Assembly: GCA_033580375.1 (NCBI GenBank)
Contig: GCA_033580375.1_4527.1
Reading direction: 5' to 3' (one strand)
Length of the DNA: 64,000 bases
DNA from: a phage
Notes under the pieces: model-generated
Told to the model about the DNA's origin: nothing
Databases searched by the model: none
Seen by the model: the letters and a program-made list of their open reading frames with translations, nothing else
Made by a program: the position numbers and the translations under genes
In this document: positions 28,915 to 38,452 of the stretch, in pieces
Numbering within the stretch: the stretch's first letter is position 1
How the letters are laid out: each line of letters opens with the position of its first letter

Positions 28915-29142
28915 TCATTCTAATTCCTTCGCTGCAAATAAGGCAGCATCCAACGAATCAAATTGGTCAACGAAATCAATATTCAACGCATCGTCAACCG
29001 TAGCATATAACCACCATTGTTTGAATTCGTATTCTAGAATAAATCCAGGACCTTCAATCTGAGGAAGACCTAGGCTATTTGTACCAACTTCGTAACCAGC
29101 TAGACGCAGGTCATTAATCAAAGTTTCTGTTAATACGCTCAT
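28915..29142 (-). CDS. hypothetical protein
   Basis: 75-aa ORF. Confidence 0.4.
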   Translation of the reverse strand: MSVLTETLINDLRLAGYEVGTNSLGLPQIEGPGFILEYEFKQWWLYATVDDALNIDFVDQFDSLDAALFAAKELE

Positions 29143-29519
29143 TTTACCGCCTTAACAATTTTCAGGTCAACGAATTTTTTCTTACGTTGATTTTTCATAC
29201 GACGGATAGTCTTTTCAGAGATTTCATGTTTCTGATAAGCTTTAGATTCAACACCAAATGCAGCAACGTCAAATTCAGAAAGAATATATTGTACTAGAAT
29301 TTCGCGAATAGAATTACGTCCAATTTTCTGGTCGTGTTTTTGCATGATTTCATAAAGACGGAATTCCCACGCATCAAGAACTTGAGGAGTAACAATATTG
29401 CCGGATTCCAGAAGAGCAACAACTTTATCGAAAGCGAAAGAATTAACTACGTTTTTGATTTTAGTAGACATATTATTTTCCTCGGTTATTTTATTATCCA
29501 ATGAGAGAATTATACTCAT
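29139..29519 (-). CDS. hypothetical protein
   Basis: 126-aa ORF. Confidence 0.45.
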   Translation of the reverse strand: MSIILSLDNKITEENNMSTKIKNVVNSFAFDKVVALLESGNIVTPQVLDAWEFRLYEIMQKHDQKIGRNSIREILVQYILSEFDVAAFGVESKAYQKHEISEKTIRRMKNQRKKKFVDLKIVKAVK

Positions 29520-29776
29520 CTCTCAAGAGTTTCTATACTATTTTTAAGCATGAAAAGTAAGTAATTTGTATCACGTGGAGTAATATCAACACCCATATCA
29601 AAGATGCCTTTATAGATTGGGTATTTGTTTTCGGTTGTATCGAAGCTGAAACTATTTCCATCACATCTAACAGTAATAGCATCTGTTAAAATGTCATACT
29701 CAATCCTAACAATTGAATCCCCAATTTTAACGTCGAGGTGTTTTTTGAATTTGATAAAATCTAATTCTTCGGCCAC
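29516..29776 (-). CDS. hypothetical protein
   Basis: 86-aa ORF. Confidence 0.4.
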   Translation of the reverse strand: MAEELDFIKFKKHLDVKIGDSIVRIEYDILTDAITVRCDGNSFSFDTTENKYPIYKGIFDMGVDITPRDTNYLLFMLKNSIETLER

Positions 29777-29839
29777 GATATTTTCCTCATTTTAAGACGA
29801 TAGGAAGATAATAACATGTCTTCCTATCGTTGTACATTA

Positions 29840-30040
29840 TTAACCGAACTTTTTAGCGCCTTTCCAGCCTTCGTACATAACTGCACAAGTCAGTAGTACA
29901 GCGTGCTGGCATTCTTTGTATTTGTAAATCCAGAACCAGCGTAAGAAGTCTTCGTCCTCAACACCATTGAGTTTCATATTGGCAAAGAATTCTGCACGTT
30001 CTTCACGAAGTTGCCATGACACAATATTTTCAGGATTCAT
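29840..30040 (-). CDS. hypothetical protein
   Basis: 66-aa ORF. Confidence 0.35.
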   Translation of the reverse strand: MNPENIVSWQLREERAEFFANMKLNGVEDEDFLRWFWIYKYKECQHAVLLTCAVMYEGWKGAKKFG

Positions 30041-30265
30041 TTAAATTTTCCAGTTACCGTTTTCATCAATAAATTTAATCCAGTCATTTACTGACCACTT
30101 AGTTGTATCGCCTTTTGGAGCAGAATTTAAAGTGTAGAACCCTTGCTTAAAAAGCCAGCGTTTGATATTCATAATTTCCTCAACTGTAACGATAACATTC
30201 GTTAGCTTTACGTTTGGCTTCAGTATGAGAAGTATTATAATCATACTCTTCTTTACTGTAAACAT
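30041..30265 (-). CDS. hypothetical protein
   Basis: 74-aa ORF. Confidence 0.35.
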   Translation of the reverse strand: MFTVKKSMIIILLILKPNVKLTNVIVTVEEIMNIKRWLFKQGFYTLNSAPKGDTTKWSVNDWIKFIDENGNWKI

Positions 30266-30500
30266 CTTTTTTCAACTTACGAACTTCTTTGCGGAGTTGT
30301 CGATTCATTTCATTCTTGACTTCAGAATCAACGCCTTTCATACGTTTCCATTTATCTGAGCGGAAGATGTTTTCAACCATGTCTTTGTGGCTAACACCGT
30401 CAGGAGCTTTACGCTTACCAAAATAGTCGTAATCGCGAACTTTCAAATCTTTACGACGATATGTTTTACCCATAAGTACCTCAGAGGTTGATTGATACAA
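30180..30500 (-). CDS. hypothetical basic protein
   Basis: 106-aa Lys/Arg-rich ORF; overlaps the neighbouring ORF, start uncertain. Confidence 0.35.
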   Translation of the reverse strand: MYQSTSEVLMGKTYRRKDLKVRDYDYFGKRKAPDGVSHKDMVENIFRSDKWKRMKGVDSEVKNEMNRQLRKEVRKLKKDVYSKEEYDYNTSHTEAKRKANECYRYS

Positions 30501-30729
30501 TGCGTTTGATAAAATTCACTTCACTTACTGAAAGGTCTTTAAGACCGATTGATTCTAAACGCTGAGTAAGCGTCAACATTGGGATATAGTCCCAATGAGT
30601 TTTATTTGCTTGATAAGTACGAACGTCATTAGCAATTTCAACATGCAAATCGGAAATGGTAATGAATACCTGATGCTCGTCATTAACTTTAAGGGTTAGA
30701 ACAACCTTCTTTGAATCTAAACTAATCAT
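30481..30729 (-). CDS. hypothetical protein
   Basis: 82-aa ORF. Confidence 0.4.
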   Translation of the reverse strand: MISLDSKKVVLTLKVNDEHQVFITISDLHVEIANDVRTYQANKTHWDYIPMLTLTQRLESIGLKDLSVSEVNFIKRIVSINL

Positions 30730-31070
30730 GGCTTAATTTCCTTCGCAATTGAACAGAAGATACTACGGTCACAAAGCATTTCACCAATTTCTGGATATTT
30801 GATTGAACGGTACCAAACATCCAGGCTTGAAACTCTGGTTATCTGTACTGCGTTACCGTTGACAGAATAGTACTGCTCAACCTTAATTTCTTTATCTTCA
30901 ATTGTCATTTTGTTTTCCTCTATAGCAGTTGGTTTAATCTTAACACATCTATCGAGGATGTAAACTGTTTTATGAAAAATATTTTTGATTTGAGAGGGGC
31001 ACAAGGAGATAGTGAAGTGAAGATTCCAATGGATTATATTAGAAATAGGATAAAGAAGACCAGGCGGCAC
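30726..31070 (-). CDS. hypothetical protein
   Basis: 114-aa ORF. Confidence 0.4.
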   Translation of the reverse strand: MPPGLLYPISNIIHWNLHFTISLCPSQIKNIFHKTVYILDRCVKIKPTAIEENKMTIEDKEIKVEQYYSVNGNAVQITRVSSLDVWYRSIKYPEIGEMLCDRSIFCSIAKEIKP

Positions 31071-31074
31071 CTGG

Positions 31075-31398
31075 TCAATCTTCTATGATATCAGAGTCGT
31101 ATCCTAATGAAATCAAGGACTTTTTAAACTCTGCAATATTCTTTTGTTTCTTATCATTTAAAAATATGACAGGATAACGAATATTAAGTGAAGTGAATCC
31201 TGCACGTTTAGCAAGAGATACGATTAAAGGACGGTCGTATTCAATCTTACCATTATTAGTGAGGACTTTATAAAATGTATAAGGAACATTGAGCTCCTTT
31301 AAAAGTTTTGTAACAGTATAACATCCTGGACAACGTCCAACTTCTTCAGGGATGCCATAAATTTCAATCTTGTTCTTTAAGTTCGAGTTTTGTTCCAC
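31075..31398 (-). CDS. nrdH: glutaredoxin/thioredoxin-fold protein, NrdH-like (start uncertain, possibly GTG)
   Basis: CPGC active-site motif in a roughly 100-aa thioredoxin-fold region; sits upstream of nrdG as nrdH does in T4. Confidence 0.45.
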   Translation of the reverse strand: MEQNSNLKNKIEIYGIPEEVGRCPGCYTVTKLLKELNVPYTFYKVLTNNGKIEYDRPLIVSLAKRAGFTSLNIRYPVIFLNDKKQKNIAEFKKSLISLGYDSDIIED

Positions 31399-31681
31399 GA
31401 GAAATAATTCCTTGGTAAGCCCAATAAGGAGGATTAACAGAATCCTCACCCGAGTTTTCTTCAGGAAAATAAACCTGGATAACGAAGCCGGATTCATCAA
31501 ATGTAAAATAAACTGTAGGCAGTTCACCTAACAATTCGGCGCGAGCATTAATTTCTTCGAGATCTCGTTCACGTCCAGCCCAAAAACTAGGATTTAGATT
31601 ACATTCGTAAAAATAATAGTCATTACCGAACATATCAAACCCATTCCAACTCTCTACCACGTACCGCTCAAAACTAATCAT
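31364..31681 (-). CDS. hypothetical protein
   Basis: 105-aa acidic ORF. Confidence 0.4.
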   Translation of the reverse strand: MISFERYVVESWNGFDMFGNDYYFYECNLNPSFWAGRERDLEEINARAELLGELPTVYFTFDESGFVIQVYFPEENSGEDSVNPPYWAYQGIISRGTKLELKEQD

Positions 31682-31683
31682 AA

Positions 31684-31899
31684 TTAAGCCTTTTTATCAA
31701 GAACAGAATTCAGTTTGTTAGTAATTTTATCCAGACGCTCATTGAACTCATTAGAAGATAAGCCCTTTTCTGGAGAAATTAAACTAATCACGAAAAATAC
31801 ACCAGTAAAAGGAATAAGAAAAATAGCTCCAACTGCCATAAACAAAAAGAACGTTACAGTTGTAAGAAAATCAGCTAAACCTTTACGAAATTTATACAT
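31684..31899 (-). CDS. small membrane protein
   Basis: 71 aa with one long hydrophobic segment. Confidence 0.4.
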   Translation of the reverse strand: MYKFRKGLADFLTTVTFFLFMAVGAIFLIPFTGVFFVISLISPEKGLSSNEFNERLDKITNKLNSVLDKKA

Positions 31900-32013
31900 A
31901 TTTACCCTTAATTAATTAACCAAGCATTGATAAGCACTAAACTATATTGCGAATAAAATTCTGGACCAAAATGAAAAATCATATCATTTATAGTATCCAT
32001 AATGTAGTTCAAT

Positions 32014-32484
32014 TTAATCATGTTTCCACACCCCATCGGTATTTGACCAAAGTCGCTGATTATCTGATCCTCGCCATAGCTTTTTGGTCGGAAGATTTTT
32101 CTCATACTTCCCATCAATAATAACATCAACATATTTAAGCATTTCTAGCTGTTTAATATCTTCAAACTTATATCCTGTCCACAACCAAATGCTTTTATTG
32201 GGATAAAGATTTTTAATAGTTTGAACCACAGAATGAATAACATCTCGGTTGTCAGGATAGAGAGGGTCTCCTCCAGATATAGTTAATCCTTCTATATAAT
32301 CATTATTCAAACATTCAATTAATTGTTCTAGTGTCTCTCCGGTGAATGGAGCACCATTTCTAGCGTTCCATGTTGATTTATTATAACACCCTTCACATTT
32401 ATGCAAACACCCTGTAACGAAAAGAACGACCCTACAACCAGGGCCATTAACAAAATCGCAAGGATAAAATCTATCATAATTCAT
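32014..32484 (-). CDS. nrdG: anaerobic ribonucleotide reductase activating protein NrdG
   Basis: 156 aa; Cys cluster near N-terminus (GCLHKCEGCYN) typical of NrdG; same length as T4 NrdG. Confidence 0.85.
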   Translation of the reverse strand: MNYDRFYPCDFVNGPGCRVVLFVTGCLHKCEGCYNKSTWNARNGAPFTGETLEQLIECLNNDYIEGLTISGGDPLYPDNRDVIHSVVQTIKNLYPNKSIWLWTGYKFEDIKQLEMLKYVDVIIDGKYEKNLPTKKLWRGSDNQRLWSNTDGVWKHD

Positions 32485-34298
32485 TGGTGTTTAACCCTAT
32501 GCATGATTTCTTTATTTTTACCGAGATTAAATCCGCGTTCGTTCGGATTTCCAAGATAACCGCATGTTCTTCTTATGGTGTTCATCTTTTTAGGATCAGT
32601 TTCTCCGCAAACTGAACAAACAAATCCATTTTCAGTAGGAGTCATTTCATGAGTACTTCCACATGTAAAACATTTATCTACTGGCATATTAACACCAAAA
32701 TAATCTAAATGTTGTGCAGCATAATCCCAGACAGCCTCAAGTCCCTTTAAATTGTTTTTCATATCAGGAAGTTCAACATAAGAAATGTGACCACCTGTCG
32801 CAATGAAATGATATGGCGCTTCACGAGAAATCTTTTCAAACGGAGTAATATTTTCTTCTACTGAAACGTGGAAACTATTAGTGTACCAGCCTTTATCGGT
32901 AACATCTTTTACACTTCCGTATTTTTCTGTATCAAGTTTACAGAAGCGATAACAAAGGTTTTCAGCAGGAGTCGAATATAAACTAAAAGCAAATCCAGTT
33001 CTTTCAGTCCACTGTTTAAGATGAGCATTCATTTTAGTTAAAATTTCTTGCCCAATATCACGACCGACAAGAATATTCAATTCGTGAATACCAATGTATC
33101 CCAAAGACACTGAACTTCTACCGTTTTTAAATAACTCAATTATGTCGTCATCTGGTTTAAGACGAACCCCGAATGCACCTTCTTGGTAAAGAATAGGAGC
33201 AACAGTCGCTTTAACTCCTTTTAAGGAACTAATTCTACACATCAAAGCTTCAAAACATAAATCCATTCGTTCATTGAATAATTCAACAAATTTCTGTTCA
33301 TTGAACTGTGTTCCAATATAAGAATCTAATGCGATACGAGGAAGATTCAGCGTTACAACACCGAGATTATTACGCCCATCAAGAATTTCATTACTGGTTG
33401 AATCTTTCCATACGCTCAAGAAACTACGGCAACCCATTGGAGAAACTGGAACTGAAGAACCGGTAATAACTTTGTTATTCTTAACCGAAATGATGTCAGG
33501 ATACATTCTTTTGCTTGCACATTCTAACGCAAGCTGCTTAATATCATAGTTCGGGTCGTCTTTATAAAGATTAACACCTTCTTCAATGAACATAACAAGT
33601 TTAGGGAAAATAGGAGTTATTCCATCACGACCAAGACCTTTAATCCGATTTTTCAGAATTGCTTTCTGAATCATTCGTTCAGTCCAATCGGTTCCCGTAC
33701 CAAATGTAATTGTTACAAAAGGCGTTTGTCCATTTGAACTAAAGAGAGTATTTACTTCATATTCATAAGCTTGGAATGCATCGTATACGTCTTTTTCTGT
33801 TTTAGATTGAGCATAATTCAACGCATCAGCGATTTGCCATTTTTCTGCATCCTCAATATGTTTTGCATAGGTGCGTTTAACATAAGGAGAAAGTACTTTA
33901 TCTACATTAGCAAAAGTCGTTCCGCCGTATTGATGTGAAGCAACTTGTGCAGTAATTTGTGCCATAATTGCAGTAGCAACACCAATCGATTTAGGCGTTT
34001 CAATTTGAGCATTGCCTAATTTAAAACCATTCTCAAGCATCCCCTTTAAATCGACTAAACAGCAATTGGTAAACGGAAGAGCAGGAGAATAATCAATATC
34101 ATGCATATGAATGATTCCGCTTTCATGCGCATTCATAATAAAAGACGGGACCATATTTTTGGCAATGTGCTTAGACACAATACCAGCCATAAGGTCCCGT
34201 TGAGTTGGAAAAACACGAGAATCTTTATTAGCATTCTCGTTCAAAAGATCTTTATTAGTTTTATAAATTAATCCTTCAATTTCTTTTTCAATTTTCAT
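32481..34298 (-). CDS. nrdD: anaerobic ribonucleoside-triphosphate reductase NrdD
   Basis: 605 aa; C-terminal glycyl-radical motif RTCGYLG and Zn-ribbon cysteines; uninterrupted ORF. Confidence 0.9.
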   Translation of the reverse strand: MKIEKEIEGLIYKTNKDLLNENANKDSRVFPTQRDLMAGIVSKHIAKNMVPSFIMNAHESGIIHMHDIDYSPALPFTNCCLVDLKGMLENGFKLGNAQIETPKSIGVATAIMAQITAQVASHQYGGTTFANVDKVLSPYVKRTYAKHIEDAEKWQIADALNYAQSKTEKDVYDAFQAYEYEVNTLFSSNGQTPFVTITFGTGTDWTERMIQKAILKNRIKGLGRDGITPIFPKLVMFIEEGVNLYKDDPNYDIKQLALECASKRMYPDIISVKNNKVITGSSVPVSPMGCRSFLSVWKDSTSNEILDGRNNLGVVTLNLPRIALDSYIGTQFNEQKFVELFNERMDLCFEALMCRISSLKGVKATVAPILYQEGAFGVRLKPDDDIIELFKNGRSSVSLGYIGIHELNILVGRDIGQEILTKMNAHLKQWTERTGFAFSLYSTPAENLCYRFCKLDTEKYGSVKDVTDKGWYTNSFHVSVEENITPFEKISREAPYHFIATGGHISYVELPDMKNNLKGLEAVWDYAAQHLDYFGVNMPVDKCFTCGSTHEMTPTENGFVCSVCGETDPKKMNTIRRTCGYLGNPNERGFNLGKNKEIMHRVKHQ

Positions 34299-34768
34299 TT
34301 TAAACTCTTTCTAAGCTGCTTTTTGAATGAAGCTATTAATTGTGTTTTAGTATCAGATTCATTATATTCAAATCCTCTTTGAAGCATCTCAGCCATCATT
34401 TCCTCTTTACCTAGTCTTGAGAACTCTTTAGTTTTGTCTGGAACAAAATTAGGATGTATATTATTATCAGAATAATCTTGTTTCAAATAAGCAAGAAGAG
34501 CTTCAAGCCATTCGAGGTAGTCGACATCACGACCTTTAAGACCAGAACGGTTGAACTTATGCTTCATTTGGCCTTCTGCTGCGTTGCACAGAGAACAGAG
34601 TAACCCACGAACTCTACCGGCTTTTGGCCCGTTTAATTCATGGTCGTGGTCAAGATGGTTACCTTGAACATCAGAGTCTAATTCACGGTGGCAAATAGGA
34701 CACTTACCGTTCTGTGCATCATAAAATTTTTGTTTTTCTTCTTTATATTTTGCGCCTGATAATAACAT
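34295..34768 (-). CDS. 49: endonuclease VII gp49 (Holliday-junction resolvase)
   Basis: 157 aa; KYKEEKQKFYDAQNGKC.IC.REL...HLDHDHELNGPKAG.VRGLLC.LCNAAEGQMKHKFNRSGLKG...LGKEEMMAEMLQRGFEYNESDTKTQLIASFKKQLRKSLK near-identical to T4 endo VII. Confidence 0.9.
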   Translation of the reverse strand: MLLSGAKYKEEKQKFYDAQNGKCPICHRELDSDVQGNHLDHDHELNGPKAGRVRGLLCSLCNAAEGQMKHKFNRSGLKGRDVDYLEWLEALLAYLKQDYSDNNIHPNFVPDKTKEFSRLGKEEMMAEMLQRGFEYNESDTKTQLIASFKKQLRKSLK

Positions 34769-34807
34769 GATAAACCCTTACCTTAAATAGATAAGGGTAT
34801 TTATAAT

Positions 34808-35005
34808 TTAGTAAACTTTATAAAAGTTACGATGAGAACGTTTAGCTTTGCGAAGCTGACGTTTAGTAGGACGAACTGTAAATGGTTGTCCAGAGAAAAA
34901 ATTCGGATCGGTTTTAATAAGCAAATACCAATCATGCTTGCCATTTTTTAATAAACGGTACAATAATTTAACTTGCATAATAATCTCTTCCCATTTCCAT
35001 ATCAA
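34808..35005 (-). CDS. hypothetical basic protein
   Basis: 65-aa ORF. Confidence 0.35.
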   Translation of the reverse strand: MIWKWEEIIMQVKLLYRLLKNGKHDWYLLIKTDPNFFSGQPFTVRPTKRQLRKAKRSHRNFYKVY

Positions 35006-35106
35006 TTAATTCATTTATTGAAGGTTCATCATAACACGGTTCTTCGTCGTTGTAAACAGTTTCGACGTCTGGCTCGACAGTCTCCCATCGAGCAGAATAC
35101 CACGGT

Positions 35107-35463
35107 TTAACCCCGGAGTTTATTGAGCTCTTCATAATCAATCCAGGATTCTAGTCCGGATGGCAGGTCACATTCAATGTTCCACAGAAGCTCTTCAATG
35201 GCTTGCAGGCGATTATATTCTTCAACGGTAATGGTAACCATTGGTGCAACCGGTTCTGCCTTTTTAACCATCATATCGTTCATCAGGACGTAAAGGTCAT
35301 CACGAACGACAGTGTCGTTCCAACCCCATGATTTGGCTTCGTAAGCTAATGATGAAGGGAGCACATTTAAAACTTCAATAATAGTTGGAGCATCAGGACC
35401 AAGTTCATTGGCACAAACTTCGTATACATCTTGGAAATCTTTAAGATTTAATGAATATGTCAT
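35107..35463 (-). CDS. hypothetical protein
   Basis: 118-aa acidic ORF. Confidence 0.45.
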   Translation of the reverse strand: MTYSLNLKDFQDVYEVCANELGPDAPTIIEVLNVLPSSLAYEAKSWGWNDTVVRDDLYVLMNDMMVKKAEPVAPMVTITVEEYNRLQAIEELLWNIECDLPSGLESWIDYEELNKLRG

Positions 35464-35723
35464 TTAAAATATTCTCGTAGTTGGTCAAAGCCACCGATCG
35501 AAGTTCCATCAGGAGCAAACACCTGAGGCATAGTCAATCCAACTTGTGATTCACGTCCAAGCTTAACCAGAAGCTCAGCAATTTTCTCATCATCGAACAC
35601 ACCTTTTTCTGGCATCACGTTAATGAATTCGAACGGCTGTTTCTTAACAGTCAGCAATCGTTTCGCATTATCACAATAAATGCATTTATGAATAGTAGAG
35701 TCATACCCGTACACTTTAAACAT
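35460..35723 (-). CDS. nrdC: thioredoxin NrdC (glutaredoxin-like)
   Basis: MFKVYGYDS.IHKC.YCDNAKRLLTVKKQPFEFIN.MPEKGVFDDEKIAELL.KLGR matches T4 NrdC; 87 aa from ATG 35723. Confidence 0.85.
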   Translation of the reverse strand: MFKVYGYDSTIHKCIYCDNAKRLLTVKKQPFEFINVMPEKGVFDDEKIAELLVKLGRESQVGLTMPQVFAPDGTSIGGFDQLREYFK

Positions 35724-36129
35724 TATTTTTCCTTTCGTCAATTAAGCAATTAACACCCAATACAATACATGTAATAAAACCTGTGATACCGATAGAAAAC
35801 ATCAACACTGTACCAAAGAACCAAATGATGTTATCTCGAGTATTTTGCTGAATATCCATCTCACGAATTTCTATAGCTATAGTATCACCTTTATTCAGAA
35901 GCGTATAAAACGATGGTGATACATGCCTGTCAAAAACTCGTCCTTGCTCATCTTTATAGACTGCAATAAATTCTAATTTAGAATATTTTCCTGTAGATTG
36001 GCCTGAGATTAATTCCACTACCTCCACAGGAATTACTTTAGTTTCCATATAAGTATTCTGGCTGTTCCAAATGAATGGAATAACAGCAAAAACTAAAGCT
36101 GCGATAAAACAACGAAGGCTATATCTCAT
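35716..36129 (-). CDS. membrane protein
   Basis: 137 aa with N- and C-terminal hydrophobic segments. Confidence 0.45.
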   Translation of the reverse strand: MRYSLRCFIAALVFAVIPFIWNSQNTYMETKVIPVEVVELISGQSTGKYSKLEFIAVYKDEQGRVFDRHVSPSFYTLLNKGDTIAIEIREMDIQQNTRDNIIWFFGTVLMFSIGITGFITCIVLGVNCLIDERKNNV

Positions 36130-36434
36130 TATAATGTTCTCTCAAATTTGTGGAAGCATTTACGGCATTTCAATTTCAAGTTATCAGTGGTCCAGTTAAC
36201 CAATTGGACTTGGATAGTTCCACATTCCGGACATGGATGTTTTGCTGCCGATTTGGCAGCATTTTCACGTCGTTCAACCATTTTCATTATTTCGTTCCAT
36301 GCCGGAGGAACGAACTCTTCTTCACCATGGATTTTATCTCGCTGAACAAATTCAATCTTTGAACTATCATCAATAAACTTAACTAAGCCATGATTAGTGT
36401 TCATATCAATATCCTCTAGAAGACGTAGGTTCAT
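36129..36434 (-). CDS. zinc-ribbon protein
   Basis: 101 aa; CPECG...CRKC Cys4 arrangement. Confidence 0.45.
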   Translation of the reverse strand: MNLRLLEDIDMNTNHGLVKFIDDSSKIEFVQRDKIHGEEEFVPPAWNEIMKMVERRENAAKSAAKHPCPECGTIQVQLVNWTTDNLKLKCRKCFHKFERTL

Positions 36435-37375
36435 TATAACACCTCAATGGCATTTCGTAAACCGTCCGCTTTCGCATTCAGAGCTTTTAACGATTTAGTC
36501 TGTTCTTTAATCTGAGCTTCGACTTCTTTCAGACGAGATTTGAGATATTCACGTTCTTCGCTCAGGTTATCAACCTTTTCAACTTTAGGTTCTTTAGGCT
36601 TATACTCGTTAGGATTCTTCAGTTTAATTCGAATTCGAGAACTGAATAACATTGAACCGTTATCTTCGGTTTCGTCGAACATTTCAACAACATCCATAGT
36701 CTGTAACATCACGCAGAGTTTATAAGACAACGAACGAATAGTTTTGTTGTGCTTATTAATTTCTTCGGCTTTCATGGTACCGAGATTACGTGAGTAGTAA
36801 TAAGGAACCTGGATATCAATTGATAATGATGCGTTACCATTACCAGTTGGTTTGAATACTGCAGTAACCCAATCTTTAACATGAACTTTATTTGTACGAC
36901 CATCACCGCCTGTGAATAATTTACGAGAATGTTTAAAAAGCATATTCACTTGTTTATTGAATTCACAAGCAAATTTATCAGCAAATTTAGTTTCAGGAAT
37001 GGTAGATAACCAATCAGCCAAATGAGTCTTTTTAACATCATTAACAATAGTGAATTCAACCAAATCGGTTTTAGATGTCACAGATTTAATAAAGCTCGGT
37101 TTCATAAAGTTTTTAATGTTATCACGAGCTACAGTAGAAGATAATAAACGAGAACGTTTGAACCATTGAAGCAGCGTCCCTAATGAATGAGAATACGCAT
37201 TCTGAGTATCTTTACAGATATGATTTTCTTGGCCTGTGTATGTACCAAAATCTCGAAGAATACCACTTACTACATCTCGGTGTGGAACATCAAATCCTAG
37301 TGCACCAGAAGCGCGCTGAGCATGAACGTTAGCGATAAGACCGGCAAAGTATTCAATGTAATGTGAACGCGTCAT
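36434..37375 (-). CDS. hypothetical protein with C-terminal coiled coil
   Basis: 313 aa; heptad-like C-terminus; preceded by conserved promoter cassette. Confidence 0.5.
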   Translation of the reverse strand: MTRSHYIEYFAGLIANVHAQRASGALGFDVPHRDVVSGILRDFGTYTGQENHICKDTQNAYSHSLGTLLQWFKRSRLLSSTVARDNIKNFMKPSFIKSVTSKTDLVEFTIVNDVKKTHLADWLSTIPETKFADKFACEFNKQVNMLFKHSRKLFTGGDGRTNKVHVKDWVTAVFKPTGNGNASLSIDIQVPYYYSRNLGTMKAEEINKHNKTIRSLSYKLCVMLQTMDVVEMFDETEDNGSMLFSSRIRIKLKNPNEYKPKEPKVEKVDNLSEEREYLKSRLKEVEAQIKEQTKSLKALNAKADGLRNAIEVL

Positions 37376-37403
37376 AATATTTTCCTCTCGTTAAGATAGA
37401 AAG

Positions 37404-37435
37404 ATTATACTCCAACCATCCTTGGTTGTAAACTG
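37404..37435 (-). promoter_or_regulatory. early promoter GTTTAC-N18-TATAAT with inverted repeat in spacer
   Basis: minus GTTTACaaccaaggatggttggagTATAAT; 26-nt core identical to copy at 38423..38448. Confidence 0.6.
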
Positions 37436-37437
37436 AT

Positions 37438-38397
37438 TTATGATTTTAATGCATTCATTGCGTTAAAAAGTTTAGAGTACTGCAACTGGAGATTGGTCAC
37501 CACCTGTTGAGCATCACGAAGCTTAGCTTGTGCTTTATCAAGTTCAACGGATAGTTGGTCTACAGTGGCCTTGATTTGATTATAATGGTAGTCTTCGGCA
37601 GGAAGAAGGTCATTAGAAACATTTAGTTTTACTGCAGACAGTTTGCACACATTTGGCAAACCTTTAAACATACCAGATTGTGCTGGAGAATATGCACCTA
37701 GAACCTCTGCATTACCGACTGGTGTTGCTGTAATATTGCCTTCAAACAATGCATTTTCCTTTTTAAGATTTTGATAGTATTCAGAGTCTTTGTGCCACCA
37801 TGGTGCAGGAACCTTTTTACCAATAGATACACGAGCTTGGATAGCGATATGGCCCTTATTCTTGATAAGGTCGACAATATTAAGCTCACGAGAATAAATT
37901 GCTTTAATCTGGTGGATATTATCACCTAAAACTTCCAACGCTTGGTGGAATACACGAGCAACGTTATCATTCTTAGGTTTATACGTAAGAGTGAACTCAT
38001 TCTCACTGATAACCATGATTTCCAACTTATCGTAAGTATATTTCAAATGTTTCATGTTAATTGCTTGAGGACGAATACGAGAAGCAATGGCCATCAGATT
38101 GTTAAGGTTATTCCGGAACTGCTTAGCGAAATATTGTCCTTCACCGTCAATACAAAAATTACGAAGTTTCTGTTTGGCTAATAAACGGCTGAACTCACCA
38201 TTTTTAATGAACTCTTTAACGGGTGTGTTAGTAACGCATTCAAATTGAGTAAACTTACGAGAAGTAATCCCATAATACGAACAGACTTCCTCAATCTCTT
38301 CAGGAGTCTTTACAGGCATACGGATAGGATTAGGTCCTGGAGTATATGCGTTCGAGGTAAATTCTTTGATAAGTTCTCTACGTGTAATAAAAGACAT
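37438..38397 (-). CDS. hypothetical protein with C-terminal coiled coil
   Basis: 319-aa ORF. Confidence 0.5.
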   Translation of the reverse strand: MSFITRRELIKEFTSNAYTPGPNPIRMPVKTPEEIEEVCSYYGITSRKFTQFECVTNTPVKEFIKNGEFSRLLAKQKLRNFCIDGEGQYFAKQFRNNLNNLMAIASRIRPQAINMKHLKYTYDKLEIMVISENEFTLTYKPKNDNVARVFHQALEVLGDNIHQIKAIYSRELNIVDLIKNKGHIAIQARVSIGKKVPAPWWHKDSEYYQNLKKENALFEGNITATPVGNAEVLGAYSPAQSGMFKGLPNVCKLSAVKLNVSNDLLPAEDYHYNQIKATVDQLSVELDKAQAKLRDAQQVVTNLQLQYSKLFNAMNALKS

Positions 38398-38422
38398 TTT
38401 ATATTCCTCATGTTGAAAAAAT

Positions 38423-38452
38423 TATTATACTCCAACCATCCTTGGTTGTACA
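38423..38452 (-). promoter_or_regulatory. early promoter, duplicate of 37404..37435 cassette
   Basis: attatactccaaccatccttggttgta identical 26-mer. Confidence 0.55.

Noticed and set aside
32481-34298. Group I intron or homing endonuclease in nrdD
   Set aside because: nrdD is one uninterrupted 605-codon frame and no GIY-YIG or HNH ORF was seen in the window.
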